The notes beneath the pieces are model-generated. The model worked only from the letters and a program-made list of their open reading frames with translations. It searched no databases and was not told the DNA's origin. A stretch of 64,000 bases of DNA from Eukaryota sp. TZLM1-RC (taxonomy: Eukaryota; Protista; Metamonada: BaSk clade), in assembly GCA_040285825.1 (NCBI GenBank), contig JAUPSS010000003.1, forward strand, positions 3,534,001 to 3,598,000. The letters run 5' to 3'. This document shows positions 47,401 through 58,975 of the stretch, in pieces; position 1 is the first letter of the stretch; every line of letters begins with the position of its first letter. The translations under genes and the position numbers were made by a program.

Positions 47401-47725
47401 GTAGCTTGATTTATGAAAATCAACACCACCAAAATTTGTACCACAAAAAAGTAAAGGTCGACCAGAATCATTGACAGCAACAAGCTTTCGACAAAAAACA
47501 CATTTTTTTTTCATCTTTTTGATCTTCTTTGTTAGAAGTGTTATCGGGAATCTCACTTAAAAATTCATTTTCAGGATTGTGTGATAACGAAAAATTTAAA
47601 TCAGCAGTTGCAGCACGAGCATTAAGTTTTTCCTTTTGAATAAGCGGACAAGTTGCAATGTTTTGTCCGGATTTTCGACATTTACTACATCTGCGGCGTG
47701 GTTTAGAAAAATTTTCATTTAAATT
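41130..47725 (-). repeat. Tandem array of 9 x ~733 bp
   Basis: Marker CATCTGCGGCGTGGTTTAG recurs near 41824, 42556, 43289, 44021, 44753, 45486, 46219, 46953, 47687; repeated ORFs in the track. Confidence 0.95.
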
Positions 47726-50349
47726 TTTTTCCAATGATTTTCCAGCATGGAGTGACAGGTGGGGAGAATGAGAACGATTGGTGGTTGATGAGGTTGGTTT
47801 GTCAACATCACGTTCGGTACTTTTTGCAGTCCAGTCAGCATCACTGAGAGTGTCTGACATGGAGACTGGAGGAATTCAATCGAACCGACAATGGGACGTC
47901 AAGTTGAGAAAAAGGAGGACGTTGAAAGTGAGTGAGAAAAAAAAATAGTGGAGGTGGAGTCTCTACTCGTAACCTCGTATGTAGTCGACTTTTTTTTGTG
48001 TTTGGCTCCATAAGTCCCTTTTGTAGCCCAGAGTTTGAAACCCAACATTTCTTCCTCTCTTTGGGGTCTGCTTCCATAAAGGAGGGAGCTGCTCAAACAA
48101 ACATTAATCTGTAGGTTTGAGGTGAGCCTTCGCATCCTTCATGATTTGTTGGCGAAGTTCTTTATCTTCGTTATCCAATTCGTCTAATGCGGATTGAAGT
48201 TCTTCTTATCCTTGTAGAACTGTCGAAGTTTTAAAACTTGAACCAACATTTGCGTTTCTTGATGAGTAGGGGGGTGGTCCCGTTCCTGAAACCTTTTGTG
48301 GCATTGTGTTGGACTTGGAAGAGGTAAAAGGTGGTTCCGAGCCTGATTCCATCGGTTTATCTTGAGGAGGGGCGGAGGGTGGTCTCGACCCCGTGTCTTC
48401 GTCTATACTCGTTTTTACTACTCCTACTGTTGTTTTTATGCTAAATGCATCTCTGTTATGTTTCTGCATGTTAGTTGTAAAGGTGTCAGAGCTCTGGCTG
48501 AGAGGGTCGGACATGTTGATACCTGCTAAAGATATCCTTTGGTAAAAAAAGCTGTGTTGTTATAGTGGTATACCTATTAACCTAAGTGGCCAATAATTAT
48601 TGCTGCCGTAGGTTGGAAAAGAAGGGTTAGATAAAAGGAATGAGATGAAGTTGATTTATATTCATAATCATACTATAAAAGAACCAAGGGCGCCAACATC
48701 AAGCTTCCAAGGCTCCTCCTCGTGATCCTCACATCGAAGCCAACCCTTTCTCTCCTGGCCAATTGGTCAAGCGAGCTTCGTCTTCCACTGCTAAGCTACA
48801 CGGTAATTGAAAAGGACCATTCTTAGTAGTTGACACTCATTATACCTCCACACCTGCATTAGGAACTTGTGTACTGGTATGGTTGTCAAAGCCAGTGTGA
48901 AGCATCTTCAACCTTGGCATTCCAGTTTATTCGCAGATGATGAATTTCACTTCTGGGTTGTTGCTGGTGATGCAGAAGAGCACGTGATTCAGAAAGTCCT
49001 CAGTCAGGATGGTGATTACTTCCAAGTTTAATGGCCTGGCAATCATATAACCACTGAGCTGGTTTCGACTGTTCAGAACACCTCAGCTTACAAAAAATTC
49101 TTCAAGTCTTTAGCTAATACTCGCTCTCGCCCTTCCCGACGGAAACGTTGTTCTGATAATATTAATAATAATATCAATCCTACACCTATCAGTCATCGAC
49201 GCTCGAAAAGGAGAAAGGGAAGTGTTAGCCTTGAATAATGTTTGTATTAATAGTTTATTTATAGTTTATTGTACAAATGCGCCCATGCGCTTTAGTCGAG
49301 GGAAATTCTTTTCCCCTCGTAATAAACCTCATTATACTTCTCATAGGTACATGTCCAATCATAACCCCCGCAGATCGTCAATGAGTTCCGCTACTCTCAA
49401 GGAAATCTTCAAGAACAGTAAATACGGCAGCAGAATGATCAACGATACCGGTGAATAATACAGAGGCATCACTAGTGATGCTTATAGCTACAATATCAGT
49501 AGAAAAACTTTCTTGATTCACGGTTAAAAGATCTTTAATGGAAATTGAATTTTTAATTTCGGAAATAGTGCCCTTTTTAGTAAAACATCATCTATATGCA
49601 AGAGAATCGGTGATGTTGATGGTGGAATTGTTATCAATGTGAGATAAAGGTAAATAAAGAGAGTCTGTTGGAATGAAAGAAGAATCAAACAATAAATCAC
49701 GCCCAATAAAATTAACAAAAGAAGTAATAATATCATCAGTATCAATAAATTCATTAGTACCGCCAATAGAAGTTACTGAGATAAAATTATTATGACCTTG
49801 CTTAGATTGGGAAGCTACACTTCCAAAAGTTCCATCAATAGAAGTTGATACGAAGTCATATGAATGAAATGCTCAACAATGGTTTCAGACTGTTCATACT
49901 TGAAAAAAGTGACTTACCAGAGGCAAATGTTAAGATACCTTGTTCTTGATTGCAGAAAAAAACGTTATGGAGGGGAGGAAAGGGCAGAGAAGAAGTTCGT
50001 TGGTGATAGAAGTGAGGGGGTAGTGGAACTTAAGTTTGTCTTTTTCGAGAGACTCTGAAGACAATGGGCGATGTGCAAGAATGGCAAATAAGACATTGAA
50101 AGTGACTCGACTTTGGGAATATAAAAGTAAAATTCTTTTTGAGAAGATGCCACAAACTCTACATACATACTTACTGGCAATAAATCTTCCTATTAGCTCA
50201 TTGGAAGATCTAACAATACGTCCCCCTTGAATAACTGCAATTTAGTTTAAATTTTTATTAGTTATTTTATCATATCTGTTATGGTGTTAAATGGGGGATT
50301 GCTTTTTGTTTTGGCGGTAATTTTTACAAATGCATTATATTCATAAACT

Positions 50350-53250
50350 TTTTTTTTAAATAATATTTATTTATCAGAAAACTTATAAATCAACATCTAA
50401 ACAATCCATCTCTCCCAAAACAAAACAACTAGATGCAACTCTCTCTTAGTGAGATCCAAGAGAAAGCAAAGCATCAGAAACCATCTTCAACATCCCCTTA
50501 AAAATAGAAAACACAATTCTATTTTGCCAAAACAATCTGTTGAAATTTCTGTTAATTCTTCTCTTTACAATCATTTCAAAACCTGCCAAAAAATGTATAG
50601 CCGTGGGAGAAAATGAACCAAATAGAGAAAATACAAATGGATACAAATTGTATTTTGCATGCTGTTGGTTTGACAGTTTGGACAAAGGTTCATTGTATTT
50701 TTTGATTTTGAAATTTTCAGCCTTTGAAAGAGGATTTTGAATTTCAGAATTAGCAAGCCTTTAATTTGAGGCATTACCAGAATCAACAAACATTACATCC
50801 AATAAAATGAAGGTTCCATCTAATTTAGGTAATATGACATCACCTCTATTATTCTTATTAAAATCATCTTCAGTATCAAACAGATTTGACAACAGAGGTT
50901 CTAAAAAGGATTCAATTCTATGAGACTTTTACATACATTATAATTGATCTCTTACAGTATCGTGAACCTTGCCTCTAAAAGTATTAAGATGTTTACAATT
51001 TAACAAATGAGTAATCGTAGTTTTTCGAGAACATTTACAAATTTAATTACGAGGTAAATTATCAGGCCAGATAAAGGAACGAAATCTCATATTCAAAGTC
51101 CAAGCAGAATCAACTAAGAGAGTGCCATAAACTTGAGGAATTGTTGATCCTAAGGCAGAAGAAGTACTATCGCACATATCTTGTAAAAAATTTGCAAACG
51201 CGGACTTCCTTTTCTTGGCCAAGCCCAGTTTAACATCAAAATCCAAGTTGTCAGAAATCTTCAACAATTTTTGTTGAAGCTTTTACAACAAAACTGCAAA
51301 TTAAAAAGAGATCGTTTTGGAATTTCTTGAATTGATTGGGAAAAACATTTGGTCAATATTTGTGGTGGAACCCTATCGAGTTCACAAGATAACTCATTCA
51401 GAAATGGACTGCAACTGGGAACTAACAAATGAGAATCTTCAGGAAATCTACAAGAAAATTCATAAATATAATTCTTGCATCCATCCAAAAATGCTGATTG
51501 ACGCAAAATAGAAGATTTTGTAAATCCAATACCACCAAAATTTGCTGCCCAAAATAAATGATTTTTCAACATTCCTGTTTCTACATCCAATTAATCAGCA
51601 AAAAATTCTGTTCTCAATGAATTAAAGGAACGACAAAAATTTAATGCTATGGATGGAGCACAACTCAAAATGTCGGTTATTCTTCCAGTATAGCAAATTT
51701 TAAGCATAAAAACTTTAATATCTTTTTCTAAATCTAAAGAAGAAATTGAATCAAGTTCAATTTTCATTTTTCCCAAAATAATGTGTAATTCATTCTGAAT
51801 TTGAGGCACATTTTCTAACCAACAACCAAGGAACTTCACAGCATCACTACTATAATTAGTAAAAGGGACAGCAAAATCATTAATCACAAGATCCTGAGCA
51901 GAAGAGCCAATCAGAAGGCATTTGCTCGCATTAAAATGAAGCCCAATATTGTCATATGAATCGGCAATTTCTTGAGCAACCAATTGTAGTAAATCAAATG
52001 AACCAATCAGGGATATTTCATCCATATAAGAAACTATCTTTAGGGAAGGGTATTTTTGCTTAATGATATCCAAAAATTTGTGAATAGCTAAACAAAACAA
52101 TAAAGGTCCTAAAGAATCACCTTGTTTTACACCACAAAATGATTTTAAACCAAAAGAATTAAATATTAATCTGATTCTTTACCATAAAAGTGGTGTAAAA
52201 AAACTTCAGAGCTCAGGAAAATCAGGTTTAATTACTTCAAAAATTTCTTTTCGGGTTACAGAATTAAAAGCATTTTCAAAGTCGAGATTAAAAATAATAT
52301 TATTATTATCTGAATAAGAAAAAAAGTCAGAAACAAAAGCAGCAACAGAAGTACCATCAATTGTGTTTATTCCAAATTGATAAGGATTTAAAAATTTAGA
52401 AGCTTTGTCTTTGACACGAGCAAAGACAATCGATGCCAACAAACGGAACAAAGATTCACCAACAGCAATGGGGCGTATACCATCAGGTATAATTCCATTA
52501 CCTAGCTTTACTAAAGCAATCAATTGTGCAGCTAATAATTCAAATGGAGGATCAATTTTCAAAACAATTAATTGTTGAAAATAATTGGCAAGATCATCAG
52601 CAATTTCAGTGCCACTGGAACACCCTATTTTCAACAAATCAAAAGAAATTCCAGATCGGCCTGCAGCTTTTCCTTTTGGTAGTTTGAAATTGCTTTGAAA
52701 AGTTCAATTGCGGAAATTGGATTTTCGATCCAAAAAGGATAAACATCAGGCTTGCTACACTTGAAACTGTCTTGAGGATGCAACTTTTGAAGTTTTTTCA
52801 AGAGTTTCAGAAGTTGCATCAGCCAAAGAAGAGGAAAACAAGGACTGTTTTGCAGCTCCATAACGACCACGTAAGCACAATTTTCGGATAACTTTTGATT
52901 TTCCAATTTTTTTCATTCCAAAATTTTTTTTACAACATCTTTTGTTTTTTCTTGCAAAATATTTTTAGGATGAAAAATTACACTTGTTGTTTTTTAATTC
53001 AGAAGTGAAAGTTCGCATTTCCATTGAAAAAGGAATTGTATTGGCGGGACTAATTTCCACTGGAATCTGAAGTGGTCGTCGAACAGTGGCAGCAGCTTTT
53101 CAATTGGTACAAAACAAATGTTCGACCATTTTTTGGGCAGAATTTAATTCAATTTCTTTTTTTGAAGAAATTACTTTTGAGATATCGGTTGGTATGTAAT
53201 TGCTCAAAATTACTGTCGCTTTCCGATGTAGGAGCTCAGAAAGTTCTTCA
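50350..53250 (-). mobile_element. Degenerate long CRE-like non-LTR retrotransposon, family B (RT and RLE)
   Basis: GIRPIAVGE, QFGI, LDFENAFNSV, GVKQGDSLGPLLF, YMDE, KFLG, FGGIG; T tract at 50349; many stops and frameshifts. Confidence 0.88.
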
Positions 53251-53492
53251 AGATTTCAATGACTACTGACAATGTGTTGCCAAAAGTAGGTACAAGATTC
53301 ACCGTGTGCCTGTGATTTCACTACACTAAAGTGACATTTATAGTGACTGGAAGTATCTGCAACATTTTTGGTGAGGTAGAAGGAGTTGGACCTAAGTAAG
53401 TGTGTGAAGTAGGCAGAACAAATGTCTTTCTTGTCTGTCATATCTTGTAAAAGAAGATCGAATAGACTGAGAAGTCATATATTGCACAGTTG

Positions 53493-54003
53493 TGTTAGTC
53501 TTGAATAGTATTTATAGTTTATTTGTATAGTTTATTAGTATTCCTCCTATTAGTTTAAGAAGAGAGAATACAGTTCCTCTTCGTAATAAATTTCATTACT
53601 TTTCTACTGTATGTCTAACATTAACGAGCAAAGACCATCAATACGTATTGGGTCGTCCCCGGCTCAACGCAGGATCCATGAGGAAGAGACTGGTCTCTCT
53701 TCCTCACCACTAACCACAGACCCAGCTACCGTGCCTTCTTCTTCAGTAGAAGCTTCTGCGCTTACTGAAGCCACTCCTCCTGAGGGTTCTACCCCAAGGG
53801 AAGACAGTTCCTTTCCAGAGGATTCCGTTCCAATGGAAGGAAGCTCCCCTCCTCGAGATTCCGTTCCTGTGGAAGGAGACAACCCTTTTAAGGATTCTAT
53901 TCCTTCGGAAGGAAGAAGCCCTTCGTTAGTCTCCTACGACGACGAAGATGCTGAGTTCAGCTTTTCAGTTGGTACAAAACAAATCTTTTCGACCATTCCT
54001 TGA
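53493..54003 (+). mobile_element. 5' LTR (53493-53640) and gag start of the element 1/2 family
   Basis: LTR is the reverse complement of 12845-12991 over most of its length; followed by ATACGTATTGG and S/P/E-rich ORF 53611-54003. Confidence 0.88.
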
Positions 54004-54089
54004 ATCTGTAACGGCTTTTCTGCAGAATGGACAACAAAATATATTATTTTTAGAAGGGAAAGGAGAGTGAGCAGTGGGAGAATTTAAAT

Positions 54090-54630
54090 GAAATCAGCAG
54101 AATAACTGATTTCGGCACAATTCAAATCGACATTGACTGGAACAAAAACATTGAAGTATTTGTTGAGCAGAATTTAATTCAATTTCTTTTTTTTGTCTTT
54201 CAGGGTATGTTCTTGAATTATAATTACTGATACCAAAAATCAAACATTTTTTAGAACCTTTCAAATATTTTGGTTGTGACTCAAGACTTAAAGGAACCAT
54301 TTTTTCTTTTGTTCTTGCGAATTTTCAGCAACTGACTTGTTTGTTTGAATAGAAGAACGAAAAACAACATGCGAGCCATGATTATCGTTGGGAGTAGTTT
54401 TTACATTTTTTCGAATTCTAGAAGGTGAAAACAGTTTTGCCGAACTGAAGTTGTTGAAAGAACGTGCAGCAGAACGTAAAGAGCGAAATTGTGGCTTAAA
54501 AAGAGTGGAATTGGTTTATTGAATTTTGAATTTTTTTTGTGGAAAAGTTGAAAAGAGAATAGGGTGTGTAGGAAAATGAGATGATGAAAATAAAGAAGGA
54601 AAAAGTGAAGAGGACGTATGAGACTCACAA
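54090..54630 (-). mobile_element. 5' fragment of a CRE-like non-LTR element
   Basis: Shares AATTTAATTCAATTTCTTTTTTTG with 53141; pyrimidine-rich 5' leader like that at 47890-47944. Confidence 0.5.
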
Positions 54631-54843
54631 TTACCATCTGTTATCCATCTTTCAACATATTCAGCATCCCAAATAGTGTCCCAAATAGTTTTACTATCAG
54701 AAGCGTGTCGCAGCTTAAAAAAGACCGATATAAAGTTAAATGTTGTCCATAATACTGAAAAAAACTGATGACTATCAACAGGATTTTCATAGAGGTCGAA
54801 CATGGTGGTGAAAGGTTGGTGTTGAAGAAAACTTATGCAATAG

Positions 54844-55670
54844 GACTGAAATCCACAGTATAAATTTCACATTTGTAAATGTATCAACTCAACACTTCTC
54901 CTCCACAATCCGACTTATCATTTAACCATATTACCTATCTTTATGTCTGACAGATGGACCTATGTTGACTTCAGAAAAAAGTTCAAGTTTGGTAATAAGC
55001 CGTGTTTCCTAAAATGTTGGGCGATTTGGGCGATCAGAAAAAAATTGTGGATTGATTATGATCCATTTTCAATTCCAAATTCGGTAAGCTTCACATAACT
55101 GGTACAACTTCTTTTGAAGACTGAAATCCACAGTATAAATTTCACATTTGTAAATGTATCAACTCAACACTTCTCCTCCACAATCCGACTTATCATTTAA
55201 CCATATTACCTATCTTTATGTCTGACAGATGGACCTATGTTGACTTCAGAAAAAAGTTCAAGTTTGGTAATAAGCCGTGTTTCCTAAAATGTTGGGCGAT
55301 TTGGGCGATCAGAAAACAATTGTGGATTGATTATGATCCATTTTCAATTCCAAATTCGGTAAGCTTCACATAACTGGTACAACTTCTTTTGAAGACTGAA
55401 ATCCACAGTATAAATTTCACATTTGTAAATGTATCAACTCAACACTTCTCCTCCACAATCCGACTTATCATTTAACCATATTACCTATCTTTATGTCTGA
55501 CAGATGGACCTATGTTGACTTCAGAAAAAAGTTCAAGTTTGGTAATAAGCCGTGTTTCCTAAAATGTTGGGCGATTTGGGCGATCAGAAAACAATTGTGG
55601 ATTGATTATGATCCATTTTCAATTCCAAATTCGGTAAGCTTCACATAACTGGTACAACTTCTTTTGAAGA
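54844..55670. repeat. Tandem repeat, 3 x 275 bp
   Basis: GACTGAAATCCACAG at 54844, 55119 and 55394; copies near-identical. Confidence 0.95.
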
Positions 55671-56924
55671 TAGTGCTACTCAGTGAAGTTAACTCTAATT
55701 TGACTCTAAGATTACTTTGGAGACCTCAAAGAATGATTCCAGCTTGGTTGATATGCACAGTGGAGTTTATCTTATTGTTTTGGCAATTGATTTATTTTTA
55801 TTAATTTCAATAATCTAACAAGTTGTAGAGAACAACCATCACATGGTGTGAATATTTTTTATAGCAATTGATATCGAAAACCAAACCGAAATATTTTTGT
55901 AATGTAAAATTCAGAAAAAAACATCAACTTAAACTGAGGATCGCTTTTTGAGTGGGTTGTGAGTACAAACTTTTTTTACTCACTCAGTTTTCACTCACCC
56001 CACAAAACGCTCTTTCACAAATTATAAATACCCTTTATTGACAAAGAAGTAAGGCTAAACCCGTCTGTAGTTCTATATCAGTTCGTCTTGTACACAATAA
56101 GATCAACCTTGCTTCTTTTGTAACAGAAGAGATATGATGTCATCACAACAACTTCATAAGCAGAGACCTTATACGTCTTACATCAACCTGCTTTCTTTTG
56201 GGACAGAATGTCTATATCAATAAACTTTTCCTGTTGAAAGAAGGCACGGGCACCTTTGTACATTTGTAGCATCAGTTGTACCTTGATGGAGGATGTATTG
56301 GCTTTACTGAGGAAAGAAAACATAAATTTATTGGGTGAGTGAAAAGACAAGCAATGTGTTGATAATTCATTTGAATTGAAAATCACAGAAGTCTGTAAAG
56401 ACTTTTTTTCTTCCCCCTGCACCAAACTTCCTTCCTCTCCATCATGATTGTTGAAAACCTCCCTTTTCACGGTCCAGACCGTTTTGCTTTCTTACCCATT
56501 ATATCATACTGCTCTACGTTGTTTCCCTCTTCTCTGTTGACTCTACTGAATGTTTTTCCACTGATAACATCATCCTTTGAAACATTTATTTGGAGACAAA
56601 TTAGTTCACTTCTCACAAGCGTTTCGTTTCTTGTTCAATTTGACTTGACTATCAGCAGATGTTCGCATTTCTCTTCTCATGAAAAGCTTGCTGTCGCCTT
56701 TAAAACGCTCTTGGAGCATCTCAGACGGCCGCTTATTATTGTCAATCATGTACTTTTTTGCTTTGTGCTGGTTGTTCAGTGTCTTTTTGGAGTATTGACT
56801 ACTAGTAGTAAAAGTAGTTGGATAAGGAATTTTTGAATTGTCGTAGTATTTAGCTAATTTAATAATAAAACCGTATAGTAAAGTCTGTAAAATTGTGAAT
56901 TTAGTTAATTAATTTGAATTTAGA

Positions 56925-58727
56925 TCAAATCAAATCCTTTATTCGAGATAACGCAAGAACTGCAGCTTTACTAACATTCAAGACTTCTCCAACTGAGAGA
57001 ACTTCGTCCTCAACATTACCAGCAATAAGAGAATTCAAATGTTCAATCATGGACAATTCGATACCAAAAAAAGAACAAAAATTCTTCAACACTTGTTCGA
57101 CAGTGTTACAGTCTTTAAAAGTCAAATAATCCACATCATTATTGATCCCATCATCGACAGATGATTTCTCAAATGAATCTTCAGAAAGAGGATGTTTAGA
57201 AGCAACCTCCACTTGTGCAGTCTTGACCAGACAAGACTTTTCTTTGTTTTTCTTGACACTACTTTGACTCCTTTGAGTATAATCTTCTAAATTCATTCCT
57301 TTAATGAATTCAATTGCAATTACAGTACTGGTGATGAAATATGACGCCTCTCCTTTGATCGGAGGTCTCCAACATCTAATAAAATCAATATTAGATTCAA
57401 AATTGAAAGGGACATAATTGATCAACAACAACACCAAAGAAGGAAGGAAAAGGTCTGCGCCAAAGGAGGTTCCTATCGAGGTTGCCGACAAGACTGTCAA
57501 CAACGACCTACAAGCATTACAAATACAAACTAACTTATCCCTTGGAGCCTTTAGTTTGTTTAGATTCCCCAACCATTTGCCAGCCTCTGTCCAGAGGGGG
57601 TGACGTGATAGATCTACACTAATGTCAAGACTATCGAAGGTGATTGGAAGGTGTCTTAAATGAACAACTTTTGAGTGAAATTTTGAATCACGTTCATTAG
57701 CAACACTCTTAGTTACATCTACATAACCAAAAGGGCCAACAGAAGACGTATTTTTGAACTTTGATGACGTCACATTTTGACCTTCTGGCATCATTGAACA
57801 TGGAAAACAATAGTTATAAATCTTATTAAACACTAACTTTTCAACACAATCATACACAAACTCAGCACTAACAGAACCATTTACACATTCAAAAGGAACT
57901 TCATTCGTCATGGCCAAAACTTCTGTGGGTGCAAACATGGAGAGAAGCTTGCTGACCACCTCGGGAAGCCATTCTACCAGCCAATCTGGTTGGTAATTGT
58001 TTTTAATCAAATCAAATAAAAAAGAGTTTAATTGACGAAAGTTAGGTGATAAATCAAGAGAACGGAGTCGTGACATAAATGCCGAATAGGAGCCCTTGAC
58101 GGTGAGTTCAACTTCCTGGGACTTTGGATCTTCGTAGATGGAATTCGAACGACTTCTTGGCTTTTTTGGATCGTTTGCTAATGGTGAAGAGAAAAACGAA
58201 GGCGTTGACAACAAGAGATCCTGAATAGTAATTCGCCTCTTCCTTTTGAGATACTGTGCAGTCAACGGATGAATAAACCCTGGTTCTGGAAGAGTCGAAG
58301 ATATTAGAAACAAGGGGATTGAAAGTGATGAAGAATGGCCAGTTCTGATGAGTTGGATTCTGGAGAAAGGGGTTGACGTAGAGAAAAGAGGAGATGAGAA
58401 GGAAAAAGATTGGCACGGGACTTCAAAGACAGCTTGGTTGAGGAGATAAACATAACCGTCATTGATGACACCACAAGTACCCAGTCGTGAAATGAACTTA
58501 ATGGAATCATCAGCTTGTTTCTCTATCAAGCAGAGATGGGTTTGTACAAACGTGGCTGAGAAAATAAGTTCATCCTGTAGTAGAGGCTGGAGTGGCAAAA
58601 GGATAGCTGAAGAGTTTGGGTGGTCTTGTATGAAATCAAGTTCATCTTTGAATTCGGGTCCTACAAGAGCTTCCAAAAAGGGGGAATTGTCTTCCTCAAA
58701 TGAAATGAGGTTGTCATTCAGAGACAT
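56925..58727 (-). CDS. VPS9-domain protein (Rab5-family guanine nucleotide exchange factor)
   Basis: Intact 600 aa; KAPRDKLVCI, FGADLFLPSLVLLLI, SNIDFI, GEASYFIT are VPS9 domain signatures. Confidence 0.9.
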   Translation of the reverse strand: MSLNDNLISFEEDNSPFLEALVGPEFKDELDFIQDHPNSSAILLPLQPLLQDELIFSATFVQTHLCLIEKQADDSIKFISRLGTCGVINDGYVYLLNQAVFEVPCQSFSFSSPLFSTSTPFSRIQLIRTGHSSSLSIPLFLISSTLPEPGFIHPLTAQYLKRKRRITIQDLLLSTPSFFSSPLANDPKKPRSRSNSIYEDPKSQEVELTVKGSYSAFMSRLRSLDLSPNFRQLNSFLFDLIKNNYQPDWLVEWLPEVVSKLLSMFAPTEVLAMTNEVPFECVNGSVSAEFVYDCVEKLVFNKIYNYCFPCSMMPEGQNVTSSKFKNTSSVGPFGYVDVTKSVANERDSKFHSKVVHLRHLPITFDSLDISVDLSRHPLWTEAGKWLGNLNKLKAPRDKLVCICNACRSLLTVLSATSIGTSFGADLFLPSLVLLLINYVPFNFESNIDFIRCWRPPIKGEASYFITSTVIAIEFIKGMNLEDYTQRSQSSVKKNKEKSCLVKTAQVEVASKHPLSEDSFEKSSVDDGINNDVDYLTFKDCNTVEQVLKNFCSFFGIELSMIEHLNSLIAGNVEDEVLSVGEVLNVSKAAVLALSRIKDLI

Positions 58728-58839
58728 CGGCTCAAAAAATAGTATGCCGTTCAGAGTATTGGAGGATGCAGATGAAATGAATCCAGGTCTTCTTTTGTTT
58801 TTACTTTAAATGCCTACTTTCTTCAAGCATTATTCAAAC

Positions 58840-58975
58840 TTATTCCAAGAACTTTCATTCTTGGTGAGATCGTCCACAGACGTTCTAGAATCCTCGAATA
58901 ATTGGCCACCAATCTCAGTGAGCCCATTTCTCCTCTACAACAATACGTAGCTTTGAAGCTAGTTTCTTTGTGGTC
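58840..58975 (-). ncRNA. Putative Fanzor omegaRNA scaffold
   Basis: At and just after the Fanzor stop: stems UAGCU/AGCUA (58948-58961), UGAGAU/AUCUCA (58912-58917 with 58865-58870) enclosing CGUC/GACG (58871-58882), and CCAAGAAU-GAAA-GUUCUUGG (58845-58864). Confidence 0.55.

Larger units (their letters stand above)
40373..47944 (-). mobile_element. RT-deleted CRE-like non-LTR element (family A) with both ends and an internal tandem array
   Basis: TSD ATAGTGGAGGT at 40362-40372 and 47945-47955; T tract at 3' end; ORF start 47860 with zinc knuckle joined directly to the post-RT region. Confidence 0.9.
39609..48698 (-). mobile_element. Non-autonomous family-B LTR element nested in the integrase of element 3
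   Basis: LTRs 39609-39690 and 48601-48698; TSD TCAA; PPT next to 39690; only ~1.5 kb of own sequence. Confidence 0.88.
33754..49380 (+). mobile_element. Degenerate gypsy element 3 with both LTRs, carrying nested insertions
   Basis: LTRs 33754-33906 and 49223-49380; TSD ATGA; PPT AAAAGGAGAAAGGGAAG; gag ~33877-36490; pol ~36500-39608 resuming at 48699 (AELRQ|ASKA). Confidence 0.92.

Noticed and set aside
41130-47725. CRISPR-like array or back-spliced circular RNA origin
   Set aside because: Units are wholly repeated with no unique spacers, and the junction has no GT/AG boundaries.
49400-50340. Possible hAT/Mutator transposase relic (AINLPISSLED)
   Set aside because: One weak motif; no TIR or TSD found.
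55940-56840. Imperfect inverted repeat (~55946-56008) and short ORFs
   Set aside because: No recognisable domain or matching partner end.
58941-58949. CAATACGTA resembling the LTR palindrome
   Set aside because: Partial match, not next to an LTR; likely chance.
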